Source: Squalus acanthias
Lineage: Eukaryota
DNA: 64,000 bases
Reading direction: 5' to 3'
Assembly: GCA_030390025.1 (NCBI GenBank)
Contig: CM059431.1
Location: 117,864,001 to 117,928,000, forward strand
Positions within the stretch are counted from its first letter, which is position 1. The number at the start of each line of letters is the position of its first letter. The position numbers and the translations under genes were made by a program. Shown one piece after another: positions 25,201-37,520 of the stretch. The notes beneath the pieces were generated by a model. That model was given only the letters and a program-made list of their open reading frames with translations, was not told where the DNA came from and searched no databases.

Positions 25201-26139
25201 ACAGTGAGGGAATGAGAGCCCCGGGGAAATGTGTCCGAACCAGCGAGGATGGCAGCAGTCAGTGCTCGCGTGGCCTCAATCTGAGTCTGCAGGAGAGCAG
25301 TCAGAGATGGGTTCATGGCAGCCATTGACTGAATTGCAGCACTAAACATTTGCGTGGTATCCGCCTGTGCTACAGCAAAGTGCTCCACACTCCTTGCCAG
25401 TGATTCAATGCATTCGGGCACCCTTCCCACTGCACCCATGAGCTCAGTGTGCATGTCCACCGCCTGGGTGTTCATTTCAGTGATGAGCCGCTCCTCCTCT
25501 GCGTCCAGTGCAGTAGGACTCGCTGGCATACTCACCCTCCGGAGAGAAGGCCCGCGAGCTTCCCTACCCCCATCGCGTTGCTGCAGCCCGCTGGGTCCTG
25601 GAGCTTCACACTCATCAGACCCTTCCTCCCTGCTCCCCTCCAGGGAAGGCATGTTCCCAGTGTGGGCATTGGCTTCCTCGGGAGAGGGTGGCGCTGATGC
25701 TCCGGCTTCCTCTTCCTCCTCGCCTGCAGCTTCACTCCCACTGGCATCTTGAGGACCCGTCTCCTCAGCTGGTGAATCACCATCTGAAAGCAGGGAGTTA
25801 CAAGAGTGGCTTTAGCGTGAGGACAGGGGGACTGTAAGGGAGGAATGAGTGCAGCGATTTAGTAAGTTGGATTGAAAGTGTCAAAGGCTGGTGTTGTGAG
25901 GGACAAGTAGAAGGACAGAGGACAAAAAGGTGATGACCTTACCATTGCTGTCCAGAACGGGGTCGGCCTCTCCAGGGGCGACGGGACCGATCACCCGGCT
26001 TGCCACAATCCTGTGGACCAGCGCCTCCAGATCGCTGAGGGGTTGCAGCTGAGGCCGCCCTCCACCTGTCCGTTGCTGCTGTCTCCTATTATGAGATAGC
26101 TTGGCCTGCAATAAAAAGGATGGCGTCTGAGTAAATATA

Positions 26140-26247
26140 CAGCCATGGTCTTGCCTGATGTGCCTCCCATAGATGAATAGCCCTTACTGTATGCAGCCAT
26201 GGTTTTGCCTGATGTGCCTCCCATAGGTGAATAGCCCTTACTGTACG
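26140..26247. repeat. ~54-bp tandem duplication in Myb intron 1
   Basis: cagccatggt(c/t)ttgcctgatgtgcctcccatag(a/g)tgaatagcccttactgta occurs twice. Confidence 0.9.
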
Positions 26248-26986
26248 CAAAGTGTGGAATGTGCGTGTGCGTTTCATGAGAGGGCCATAGGTGTTGGATG
26301 AGTGTTGGGCATTGGCGTTTTAAGACCCTCTGGCCATAGAGTGAGGTTGAGATGGAGGGATGGAGAGGTATTGAAAAAAAGCCACTCACCCTGATGACCC
26401 GAGTGAGGTCGTTGAACTTTTTTCGACATTGTATATGGGTCCTGGGCACCATGCTCCTGGAGGAGACGCTCTGAGCCACCTCCCTCCACACTCTTCTGTA
26501 CTCGCGCGGCAAGGCCTCCTGCCACTCTCAGGGAAAAGTATAGATCTTCTGCGCTCCACCACGCCAACCAGAGCCTCCAAGGCCCGCTCGCTGAAGCGCT
26601 GAGCTTGTTCTCTCACCCTCTCCATAGTCCTTGGCTGGAAGATTTAGGCACAGGTCTCTCCAGGCCGTGATTCAAGGCTCCAATGAGCAGGGTGTGGCTG
26701 GAGTGCAAGTTCGACCCTCCCCTTTAAGAACTGTCCAGCGCCAGTGTGTCTGTGTTCCATCGCTAACTGACAGCACCTGCGCTGCGCCCTCGCTCTGAGT
26801 TAGCGCCTCGCTCCTCGGCCTTTGCACCTTAAGACAGATGTGTAGCGCCTGATTTAGCGCTCCAATCACCTCCAGGGGCGACAAACGTCAAGTTTGCAGT
26901 TGGAGGCGATAATTAGCGCCAGGCGCTAATCTTTGCGCCCAGCCAATAATTGCGCCCCAAATGGGGCGATACTGAATTTCTCCCCC

Positions 26987-27130
26987 ATAGAGTCATAGAG
27001 TTATACAGCACAGAAAGAGGCCCTTCGGCCCATCGTGTCCGCACCGGCCATCAAGCCCTATCTATTCTAATCCCATTTTCCAGCACTTGGTCCGTAGCCT
27101 TGTATGCTATGGCGTTTCAAGTGCTCATAT
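26987..27130 (-). mobile_element. CR1 3' end (tail split by the Harbinger)
   Basis: atagagtcatagagttatacagcacagaaagaggcccttcggcccatcg; the other tail piece is at 22776-22787. Confidence 0.8.
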
Positions 27131-28487
27131 GAGTGGCAGCTGTATGCCATGTCGCTGTATGATATGTAATTCTGTCACCAGGTTGCTGAGATGTCCCCAT
27201 CTCTCCATCACCCACCTCCAACTGCCACCATTTGAGTAAGGAGGGGAGCCCTGGATAAAAAAAGATGTAACTTTAGACAAAAGGGGAGTGGCTAATCCAT
27301 TGTATTGTCTAGTCCAATGTGAGACAGAATATTAAAGTTTGACCTGATCCCATCTTTGGAAGAACCAGATTAAACTCTTATCTTTGGGCTTCCTTTTGAA
27401 GCTCCATGTGCCCACCAGTGAGGTAATGTGAAGTGCCCAGTAATGAGTTACTCACGTTGGTGCATCCACTCCATGAGAAGTGTAGGAAAATGGCTGCACC
27501 AGTACAGATAACCTGATAGGAAATGGTCCAGAGATAAAATGTGTTCTCTTCACAGTAACAATAATCAAACGAGATGGATGTATCAATAAAATATTATACT
27601 GGCATAGATCTGAGCAAGGCTTCTTACAAAAAATGTGCAGCATTTGAACACAAATTCCAACTAGACTGAATAATTATTATAGCATTTAAGTTTTAGTCAA
27701 CGTTTCTCTTTTCCACAAATGTGTGAAGTTAAATATAATTACATGCCGTGAGGAACTGATTATTTTAATTCAACGCGCCAGGATCCTTCTGTCTGCAACC
27801 ATTACATTATTTGTGTTGTAATTGTGAGGCTTCTTTTCAAATGCAGGTTATTTAGTATTGTTGGAGCCTATTGTCTTTGCTTCTGCTATTGCTTCTGCTG
27901 CTGCCACAGCTCCATTGCATTATTCAAGCTCTAAATTGCACCCAGTAATCAGTTTGGCAAATCTTCCTACCCTTCTTTAAATGGCTAAGTTGAAACGAGC
28001 AAACTCACTCGTCAGTGGAAGACTGAATGCATGTGCCAGTTAAAGCTAAGTATTCAAACAGATATTGCTGAGCTCAGAATTACCAGTTGACAACCTGAAC
28101 ATGTTTTTTTAAATGTAGATGAAATATTTGAATTTCTAATCATGTGAATGGTTTGCTATTTAACTAGGTTGCTTTACCTGCACTAATGTTGAAGAATATT
28201 GATGGCAATTTGCAGTGTGTTACCATTGGCAGTAATACAAAACAACGTTTCGGCAGCACCTCTGGTGCAGTTACAGTGACTGAGTGGAAGGGCTCTGAGG
28301 AATTTCCCATCCATAACTGCACTTAAAGAGAATCGTTTCAAAACCAGAAAGTGCTTACTGTCAGTGAATTAAATGTGTCCATAACGACCTTAGCCTGATG
28401 AGTAAACTAGTCCATGGTGCTGGGTGGATTACGTTGCTGCTGGTGTTAATTGCCATCCAGTAGCGTTAGCTCAGCGATAAATATAAT

Positions 28488-29190
28488 GGCCCTGCGGGCG
28501 GATGCCTCCGATCGGAAAAATTTCTACGAACTTACCTGTTGGCTACATCGGTCCTGAGGCTTGCGATCCGGGGCCTCTCTTCTTCGAAATGCGCAGAGGT
28601 CCAGGTATTCCAGGGGCACATGCGGTTCGCAAGCGCCCCTGGAATCACATGGGCCAGGCGAACCAATGAAGGAACGGAATTCCCCTTTATACTTTTGACA
28701 GGTCCGTACGTACAGAACTGTCATAAGTATGAATGGGGATCACATTTAAAAACACACTAAAACATTAAATACATTTTAAAAAACATTACATATTTAAAAT
28801 TAATTAAAATGCCATTTAATTAAATATTTTAAACAAAAATTGAATCTTTTGAAAAAAATAATTTAATGTTTTTACGGGGCTAAAAATAAACTTAACTTTT
28901 TAAAAGTATTTTTAATTTATAAATTAGTGATCAAATTTTATTTTTCTATTTTTTAAAACTCTTATGCTGGTAAAAGCAGGTCTTATGCCTGCTTTTACCA
29001 GGCGTAAGAATTTGACAGGCTTTTAGCAGGCGGAAGTTGTGCAAAAAGCGCAACTCTCCACCCGCACAGGCACTATTCCTGGGCAGGCGGAGGATCTGTC
29101 AGGAGAATTCTTGACAGATCGCAAGTGCCGGGTTTCAGCGCATGCGCTTCACTTGCCTGAAACCGGCACTTGCACCTCGTACTTGCCCCA
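28488..29190. mobile_element. MITE family A, copy 2 (reverse orientation, ends degraded)
   Basis: Reverse-complement homology to 29394-30118 across the GC-rich ends and the AT-rich core. Confidence 0.8.
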
Positions 29191-29393
29191 TGGAGACACA
29201 TACATATTGGTGACTCATTGAGGTTTACATTATGCATCAGGTTCAAGAATTTAAATACACAAAGAAAAGTTAATTACGATCATTTTGGATTTACCATAGA
29301 TAAAATTAAAATTAAAAAGTCACGAGCTAGAAAAGAGATTTTGTTTAAAACAAAATGTTTCTTGAGTATCCTTTTTATAATAACTGAATCAAT

Positions 29394-30118
29394 GGCCCAG
29401 ATATTCTGATCCCTACGGGTAGGTACGCGCTGTGTACCCACCAATAGGGACATCGGAAGTGCCGGTTTCAGGCGCTGAAAACCGGCATTTCCGATCTGTC
29501 AAGAATGCTCTTGACAGATCGGACGCCTGCCCTAGAGAAGGGCCTCTGCGGGCGGAGAGTTCTGCTTTTTGGAGACCATCCACCCGCAGAAAACTCTTAC
29601 AATTCTTACGCCTGGTAAAACCAGGCGTGAGGCCTGCTTTTACCAGGATAAGAGTTGAAAAAAGTAAACAAAAAAATTCACTGATTTAGCATTTAAAAAT
29701 ACTTTAAAAAAGGTAAGTTTATTTTTAACCCCATAAAATACTTTAATTACATTTTTCAAAAAATAAAATTTTTGTTTAAAATACTTAATTTATTGTAATT
29801 TCAAGTCATTTTAAAAATGTGATTTTTAAAAATTTATTTAAAGTTTTACTATGTTTTTGGGGTGGTCTCCATTCATATATTTGACAGGTCTTCCTGTCAA
29901 GTGTATGAAGGGAGATTCCCTTCTTTGATTGGCTCCCCATGGCCCACGTGATCCCAGGGACGCTGCGAACCGCATGCGCCTCTGGGATATGTGGGCCCTG
30001 CGCACTTGGAGTTTGGAGAGGCCCAGGAACGGAAGTGTAGGTGCCTTGGGAGCCCTCAGGTAAGGGCGTAGATTTTTCCAGATCGCCCGCGGGAGAACTG
30101 CGATCGAAAATACAAGCC
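29394..30118. mobile_element. MITE family A, copy 3
   Basis: GGCCCAGATATT...AAATACAAGCC, TSD AAT. Collinear with 17744-18498. Confidence 0.85.
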
Positions 30119-30264
30119 AATGTGACGTGCCTTGAGGGGAAAAGAAGAGTTCTGTCTAAAAGAGCAAAAGGTTAGCAGCGCTTGAACTGGTCTTGTTGAT
30201 CATCTGTTTAAAAACCTGCAATCTGATTTCATTGTGCAGATATTAAACCATCGATTAAGATACA

Positions 30265-30365
30265 TGGACTGCAGCGGTTCAAGAAGGCAGCTCACCACTA
30301 CCTTCTTAATGGCAATTAGGGATGGGAAATAAATGCTGGCCTTGCCAGCGACGCCCACATCCTAT
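30265..30365 (+). mobile_element. 3' end of the 16380-type LINE
   Basis: ggactgcagcggttcaagaaggcagctcaccac...aataaatgctggccttgccagcgacgcccacatcc matches 16915-17010. Confidence 0.85.
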
Positions 30366-31575
30366 AAAAATTAATTTAAATTAAATTAAAAATAAAGTGG
30401 GAAAGAAAAAAACTCTGCCTCAATCACAGTGGAGCCCAAAACTGAAAAGCTGGAGAAACAAATCCATTAGTGGTGATAGAAACATTTAACAAGTGGCAAA
30501 GAGCACGAATCTAAATCTAATTTAAGAATTTTGACACAAAATCCAATTCATTAAAGCCTGGAAAATGCTGTTGGTGGAATGACTTATGCTGGCAGTAATT
30601 GCGTGCTCATGGCAGCGATTCTTGAGTTCCTTGAGTTCAGGTGCTATTTGCCCATTGAGCATAGTACTCAAAATTACTGCTGGGCTTGTATCCTGCTGGT
30701 GTGCTTTCCCATACAAACTGAGTCACCATTATTATCAATGTAAATATGCTCATAAATAGGAGGCACCTGTGATATTGCTACCTTCACAGTCTGCACACAC
30801 AGATTGTTAATCTCATTTATTTCAAATGGAGTTAAAGGCGAGTCAGAGCTTGCAAGTCAGGAACTGATGCCGAACGGTAGCGGATTCAATTTATTTTTGT
30901 GGGCAGATATTTCTAAGCCGTGGGGGTTGCTTTTACTGCAGCCCCCTGTCATTTGATGTGATGGGAAACGATGAACGGGCTGCTGGCCATGTCAGTTGGC
31001 ACCCACAGTGACTGTCCACGCTCACCCAGATGCCACACACTGCCTGTACAGGCCCAAGCACAGTCACTTGGTAGTGACGGAGGACCACTAGCCCTGAAAA
31101 TGTTGGTGTATCCTCAGTCGTGGAATGGCACAACGGCATTTCCAGGATTCCAAATTGGGGCAGGACCCATTTCCACTGGGATTCCACAACAAAATCACTC
31201 CACTCCATTACCAATGCTTGTTTGGGCTTCTGAGTGATTCATCCGCTGAGTCCCAATACAACTAATTTAAATGAGGACCAATGGCATTGGCACACCAAAA
31301 TCCTAGTAGTTACGTTTGCAAGTCAGCAAAAATGGTGTGCAAGGTGCTTACCTAAGATTCATTCAACTATGTGCTTGAATTGCTCCTTTAAGGACCTCTC
31401 ATGTCGACAAACGGGAAACATTGTGGAAAAGATACTTACATCAGTCACACATGGTACAAAATAGCTTAAGTGGTTGCAAGTATCTTCTGCAAAACTGCCT
31501 TCTTGACTTCTTTAATGAACATAAAAGGACACTGTTTGCTGTGCTGCTACCTTATTGCCCACAATCAGAAACAAA

Positions 31576-33354
31576 GGCCGCAATTTTGCCGGCGCTGAGA
31601 GGACGGGATCGGAGGTGGATCAGCTGTTAAATTTGAAATGATTGACAGTGGGTCAGAAACCCGCTGTCAACCCACCTCCACGCTCGTCTCCCAGGTGTCG
31701 GGTCTGTCAGCGCTGAACAGACCCGACACCAAGCGGCGGGAGAGAAATTTAGCTGGATTGCTAAGAGGCAATTAAGTATTATTTTAAGCTCAACTTTAGA
31801 TTTTTAGTGGTCGCCAATGGCTTCCCCGCTGCTCGGGATTCACGTCAGGTAAGGAGGTCGGGTATTGTGTCAGCATGTGATGATTTCTTAACTTGACAGC
31901 TGCAAATGGTCTATAAAAGCTCCCAATTCATCGGTCTTCACTTTGCGAGGTTAGAAGCTGTTGGTTACTGCATTTGGAAGACAGATTGAGCTTTCATCAG
32001 CTTGCAAGTGCTTGGAGCAAACTCACTATCCAGTATCACCTCATTAGAACAACCTCTCTCACCATTGACAGATCGCTTCTGTCATCTCAACCTCACCTGC
32101 CTTCTATTCCATCAGCATCGGTGCCCTTGAAAAAATCTCACCTTGGTCCTCAGAATCCCACCACGATCAGCCCCAACACCAGCAGCACCAGGCACACCAG
32201 CAGCAGCAACAACACCAACAACCTTCTCCGCAATCACCTGATGCTGCACAGGACAGAAGCCATCAGCACCCATGCACATTGCTGCCCGGGACGTCAGCGA
32301 TGGCCTCACCATGGCCAGATTTACTTCACTTGACGCTGTACACCCTGGCTGCCACATAATGCGCCAGGTTGGCACCACCCTGCACCAAGACCATAAAGCA
32401 TCCCTACAATGCCCAAGCCATTCCTTTCATACTCATCACCATTGTGGGGGGTACCGTTATGTCTTACCATTCACTGCAACTCACTAAGCCACTTCCAAAG
32501 GTGCATACAAATCTGTCCAAGAACGCAAAGTGTTAAAAGAAAGTTTTCAATGTTTGACAGCACATTAACAGAAACTTTACATGAACATTGGCTAAAACAC
32601 ACAAGTGCCTACCCTTGTGTGTTGTTAGTTGGTATGATTGGACTAGGATGAGGTGAGTGTGAGGGGAGGCTAGTGAGATGGGGAAGTGATAATGTAGATA
32701 GAGAGGGATGGGTGGAGGTGCAAGGTAAGTTGGTGTGAGTAAGGATGTGCAGGAGTAGGGTAGGGAAGGCAGAGTGATGGGGATGTGATGAGTAGCACAG
32801 CAGAATGAGGTTGAGTGTGGCTTGGCGGTAACATTTTGTGATCTACTGGGATCATGGAAAGGTTTGCGCCACTGCAGCCTGGTCCTCCTGACGACATCCC
32901 TGCTTGTGTCCTCCTGTGCAATGTGCAACCAGGCTGCGTTGATCTCCTGGGGAGGTCTCTTCCGCCCATGGGAAGGGAAGAGATCCTCCCTACGTGCTGT
33001 GACTCCCTCCATAAGTATATGGAGAGAGTCATGGGAGAGCCTGGGTGCAGCCGTGCACCTCTGTACAGCGCTTGTCAGTGTTTGCAGCACCTCAATGCTG
33101 TAGAACACTGACAGCACAAATGTCAAAATCAATTTGCGCATGGTCCCTTTAAGGAAATCGGCTGATGACGCATCAGCAAATGACGTCATCAGACCTGCTT
33201 CCATTTTATTGGCTGGGAACCTCGCTTGGAGAGCTTAAGAAGCCCAATCATCGTAAAATCACTTCAACAGAGCGGGTTGGAGCAGGCAGCAGGCTGGGAC
33301 TGCGCTATCGACCCTGGCCATCCCGCATCCTCCTCGGTAGGCAAAATCACGGCC
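31576..33354. mobile_element. Non-autonomous Harbinger (derivative of the 4504 family)
   Basis: TIR GGCCGCAATTTTGCC / GGCAAAATCACGGCC. The transposase N- and C-termini are fused (32120-32330). Myb exon 1 is on - (PRLSHDSLHILMEGVTARREDLFPS...W...QWRKPFHD). Confidence 0.88.
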
Positions 33355-33439
33355 GAACTCTCTGGACAAAGTTCAAATGCAATGCATCCAATTTATTAAT
33401 CTTCTTTGGAGCCTGTATGAGCAGTGTTAGTGGCCCCGA

Positions 33440-34070
33440 TTGTAATTCCTCGACTTGACACAAACTGGGCGGGGCAGGTAAAATGAGGCCTATCATTTAC
33501 CCGCTCTGATTGTGCTGCCTTTCCTGCCGTGTCCCAATCTTAACCTGCTCTTTTGAGCAGACGAGCGGGATACCTATAGGAAGGTAGCGGGGTCCTTCTT
33601 TAAATATGCAGATCAGGTCTGATGATGTCATTGGGACCCGATCTGCAACCTCAGTCAGAGGACTGAGGTGGGGGCAGCTTCGCCGTCAGGCCAGATCTGC
33701 TGGGAAGGGGGTCGTGGGCCAGAAGAGGCCCAGCAGATCAGTGCGAAAAATGTTATTTGAAGTTTCTTTGTGTGGAAGCTTGTGCTGCTTCACAAGAATA
33801 CCATGGCAACTGTGTAGATGTGAACCGACTAACCTGCTGCGGGCACTATCCATTGATCTTACCATCTCTCAGGACTGGCAGACTACACAGGGTAAGAATG
33901 TATGAAAGCATTGGATGTACAGCAGTACATTTCTGACAGGTTCTGTGGGATCACTTGGTTGCGTAAATTCCATGAATTCAATGGAAATAAAAATCGGGGG
34001 AGATGTAAAACGGGCTGCCGATTCGCTGTCACCCATTTTACACTGTCGCACAATGTAAAAATCCACCCCC
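33440..34070. mobile_element. Degraded Harbinger-type MITE(s)
   Basis: GC-rich subterminal motifs (gggcggggcaggtaaaat, tttaaatatgcagat), ending AAAATCCACCCCC before TTA. Confidence 0.5.
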
Positions 34071-34929
34071 CTTATATGAAGAGGAATTTCCTAAAATAAT
34101 TACTGAATTGGCCTTTCACCAGTCTGGACCTGTTTAATTTGATGTAATGCTCCAGATTTACCTTTTACCATTTACCTTCAAAGTGTAGTCCAACTAGGGC
34201 ACTGTGCAATTTAAGTGCAACTTGCTTGACTTGTACTGTGCAGTGCTGGATATTTAGTCAAATATTCTTGTTCATTTTTGCTTTGCAGTGATTGGATCCA
34301 TGTTAAGCACTCAGCTCTACTAATGCTTCTAGAACGCTTTAAACTTTATTCTCAGCTCCTTCAATACCACACTGATAGAGCACGATTACACTGTTTCCTA
34401 CATCAAATACTTTCTGCAGCTTTAGACAGACTGTTTAAACTGGTCAGCTTGAATTTGAAGTGATGTGCTTTAAATTAAAATGTCTACATCTGCTGCCCAG
34501 TTACCACTATGCTTTAATATAACCTGTCACTTCACTTGGGATAGGATTGCATTCTTCAGTTGGTGGGTCAAAATGTTTTGCAAGAATCTTAAGGACGTAT
34601 ATTTAGTACAATAGTTATTTGAGGTTGTCTCTTTCGACCAGCAGTGAAATCAATGCCTTACTACAAAGGCTGGACTTTTGCCAATGTACAAAACATAATA
34701 CATACTGCTTGTGGCAGTATAGGAGAAATGGCTAGCCAAATGTTATATGGAACTCAACATAATATCCGTTTGCATTGGAGAATTTCCATTTTTCAGGGAG
34801 ATTAGTGTTTTTTTTTGCCTGTATTACATTGAGCAGCATGGGTTTGTTTGATCTACCTGCCTCTTTCATATTTCATTTTCCCTATTATTTTCTTTTCAGT
34901 AACTCAGGTCCTGGTGTTGCAAACATACT

Positions 34930-36441
34930 GGGGGTGATTTTCACCGAATGCTTTAGGAGCTAAAGAGCCTCTGAGATGGCCAATATGGGGTCTTAAGCTG
35001 CAATGCCGGTTCAGCGCAAGATGCCAACTTGGTAAAAGAGTTGAAGCTTGCACTAGGAACGGCCACCCGGAGGCTTGTTAAACAGCTGCTTGCCACTTAA
35101 CATGCCTGCTAGTGCTCATTAAAGAGTCTGCACGGCATTTTGGTGGCTGGTGCTTCAACTACCGCCCTCTCCTAACAGCGACCAATTGTTTTGGAGTAAA
35201 CACGGCGTTGATGTTGATTTCAAGTGCTACTTAAAGGGATACTCACCATTTCATGGTCATTGCTGCTGGAGCTGTGAAAAGGATCTCTGAAACACGTCAG
35301 GAGACTTTCTGGGACACTTTGTCAGGACTTCACCAACACTTGAGCAACATTTATTCCGGAAATTCACCTACAAAGTGGAAGTGCTGCACTACTCCATCTT
35401 TTTGGACACCTTATAGGAGTCACCAGGAGAAAGGGAGTGCTTGGTCATCGGCATTTTGCTAGGGGTCCCCCTTGGTCTAGACGAGGAATGGGAGGAGGAC
35501 ATGAGGCCAGGCAGAGCAGCACCAGCTGCTGCAGGAGAGAGGGGCAGGAGGGCGAGGTGGCATCCTCCCCACTGCGGGTACAGGATGTTCTTTGCCATGG
35601 AAGGAGTTCAGCGAAGATTCACAAGGCTGATACCTGGGATGGCAGGAATGACGTATGAAGAGAGATTGGGTCGATTGGGCTTATACTCGCTGGAGTTTAG
35701 AAGAATGAGAGGGGATCTCATTGAAACTTATAAAATTCTGACAGGACAGGACAAACTAGATGCAGGAAGGATGTTCCCGATGGTCGGGGAGTCCAGAACC
35801 AAGGGTCACAGTCTAAGGATAAGGGGTAAGCCATTTAGGACAGAAATGAGGAGGAATTTCTTCACCCAGAGAGTGGTGAACCTGTGGAATTCTCTGCCAC
35901 AGAAGGCAGTAGAGGCCAATTCATTAAATAGATTCAAGAAGGAGTTAGATATATTTCTTAAGGCTAAAGGGATCATGGGATATGGGGAGAAAGCAGGTAC
36001 AGGGTACTGAGTTTGGATGATCAGCCATGATCGCATTGAATGGCGGAGCAGGCTCGAGGGGCCGAATGGCCTACTCCTGCTCCTATCTTCTATGATTCTA
36101 GGACATCCCTCCTCCTCTGGACCTCCTCCACCAGGACCTCCAGTGCCGTGTCCGAGAATCTGCGCGCCCTCTCCCTCGATCCCTCAGCCAATCTGAAACC
36201 TGCCGCTGTGAGCCAGCCAGAGCACTCCATACCTTCAGCCGAAGTGGGTGCAAGGAGCCCACATACACTGCTCCACGGAAATTGCATCTAATCAGCACTT
36301 GAGTGCTATGGTTTAGCACTTCCAGACAAGTTCAAATTATGGGAATCAGCAATTAGGACCACAATTCTGTGCTAAATCCAGACTTTCAAACAGGATAGTT
36401 TTATTAGCGGCAGTTTTCACCCTTTGACCAAAATAACCCCC
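34930..36441. mobile_element. Non-autonomous Harbinger with a nested CR1
   Basis: TIR GGGGGTGATTTT / AAAATAACCCCC. The transposase start (+, ~35430-35580) faces the Myb start (-, RERARRFSDTALEVLVEEVQRRRDVL, 36100-36200). Confidence 0.85.
35582..36100 (+). mobile_element. 5'-truncated CR1 (ORF2 C-terminus and 3' UTR)
   Basis: AMEGVQRRFTRLIPGM...RRMRGDLIETYKI...RRNFFTQRVVNLWNSLP...GYGEKAGTGY*, with a (ttctatga)n tail. Confidence 0.93.
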
Positions 36442-37254
36442 AGTCAGTACACTGTTAGGAACATCTGTCCTTAAATGTCAAACTGATGCTATTATGGTTT
36501 GCGATTCTCCTTAACCAAAGAGTCGAAAGACATGTTATCGCAGCTTGGTCTCGCCCCTTTACATAATCTGGTGAATCAGCAATTTTCTGTCTTGATTTCT
36601 AAATGCAAAAACGATTTAAAATGTTTCGCTTTGACTCTTGTCGGGAAAAGAATCTGTGTTGCTGAGAGCAATTCATTTAGTACAGCTATTACCCAGAGAA
36701 AGCTGAACGTACATCCATCCTTGAAGCGGTGCTGTGTGGTTCGTTAACACATTTTATTTTCCAGAAATCGCTACCTTTTAGCTGATTGTGTTTCCATTTA
36801 ACAGAAGTGTGTGCAATAATTCCACCACATGTGTTTGCCTTGGCAGCACTCCAATACAGAGAGGTGATGAAGCCAAAGGTTTAGTAGTTATTAAAAATAA
36901 TTTCCATTTATCACAGTACATTTATTTAAATTTTAGATCCTCAAGTGAAGCACTGTTAAACCTTCACAATTGAGAATTCACTCTTTTTCTCCACAGGTAA
37001 CAAAAGTACAATAATTTTCAATTTTATGTTCAGAAAGATGAATTTTGAAATCAGCCAAAACCTTGATTGCACAGTAAGAATATAAATGGCAATATGAATA
37101 TTTTCCCCCCAATGGATGTCAAGAACTGAGGACCATACAATTCTGCCTGAGTTCAGTTACACTTAATACTTTAAATTTATAGATTACCTGCTATATTTGA
37201 TTTTAAAGTAAAATCTTTATCCACAACCTAGTAAGGCTGAATGAACTGTAACAG

Positions 37255-37520
37255 GTTAACAGAATCGGCGGCACCAGGTTCAATCCCCAGTTTGAACTGA
37301 GGTAGTTTACTTCAGCTGGGGTGATCGTGCAGGCCGGACAATTGGCCTCTGTGCTCTGGGCTAAGGAGGGCAAAGGTCAGCCAGGATTCCCGGACTGATC
37401 CCTCAACAGTGAGCGTTGCTGGAGAGTGTGCATGCGTGATTGGCTTGTGAAAGTGGGGTCAGGCCCAAATGTGATGTCCTCTTCGGCTAAAGAATGTGGT
37501 TGTGCTCACTGAGGTATCTT
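37255..37520 (+). mobile_element. Old tRNA-derived SINE
   Basis: B-box-like GGTTCAATCCC at ~37277, followed by a body (acaattggcctc..gctaaggaggg..cagccagg) that I recognise as a common shark SINE. Confidence 0.55.

Larger units (their letters stand above)
24778..26625 (-). pseudogene. Harbinger Myb/SANT-like gene (3 exons)
   Basis: Exon 1 26625-26390 (MERVREQAQRFSERALEALV...WREVA...QCRKKFNDLTRVIR), exon 2 26105-25943 (AKLSHNRRQQQRTGGG), exon 3 25783-24778. The GT-AG introns are phase-compatible. There is a frameshift in exon 1 and a Penelope insertion in exon 3. Confidence 0.9.
22788..26986. mobile_element. Full-length Harbinger transposon (4.2 kb), ORFs disrupted
   Basis: TIR GGGGGAAAAATTCAGT / ACTGAATTTCTCCCCC, TSD ATA, inserted into a CR1 (catagagt)n tail. 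It has convergent transposase and Myb genes, with TATA-like motifs at ~23100 (+) and ~26725 (-). Confidence 0.95.

Noticed and set aside
35441..36010. 189-aa chimeric ORF (Harbinger N-terminus fused to CR1 C-terminus)
   Set aside because: It is a chance in-frame junction of a nested insertion, with a non-ATG start and no complete domain.
37255..37330. tRNA gene
   Set aside because: There is only a B-box-like motif and no cloverleaf; it belongs to a SINE head.
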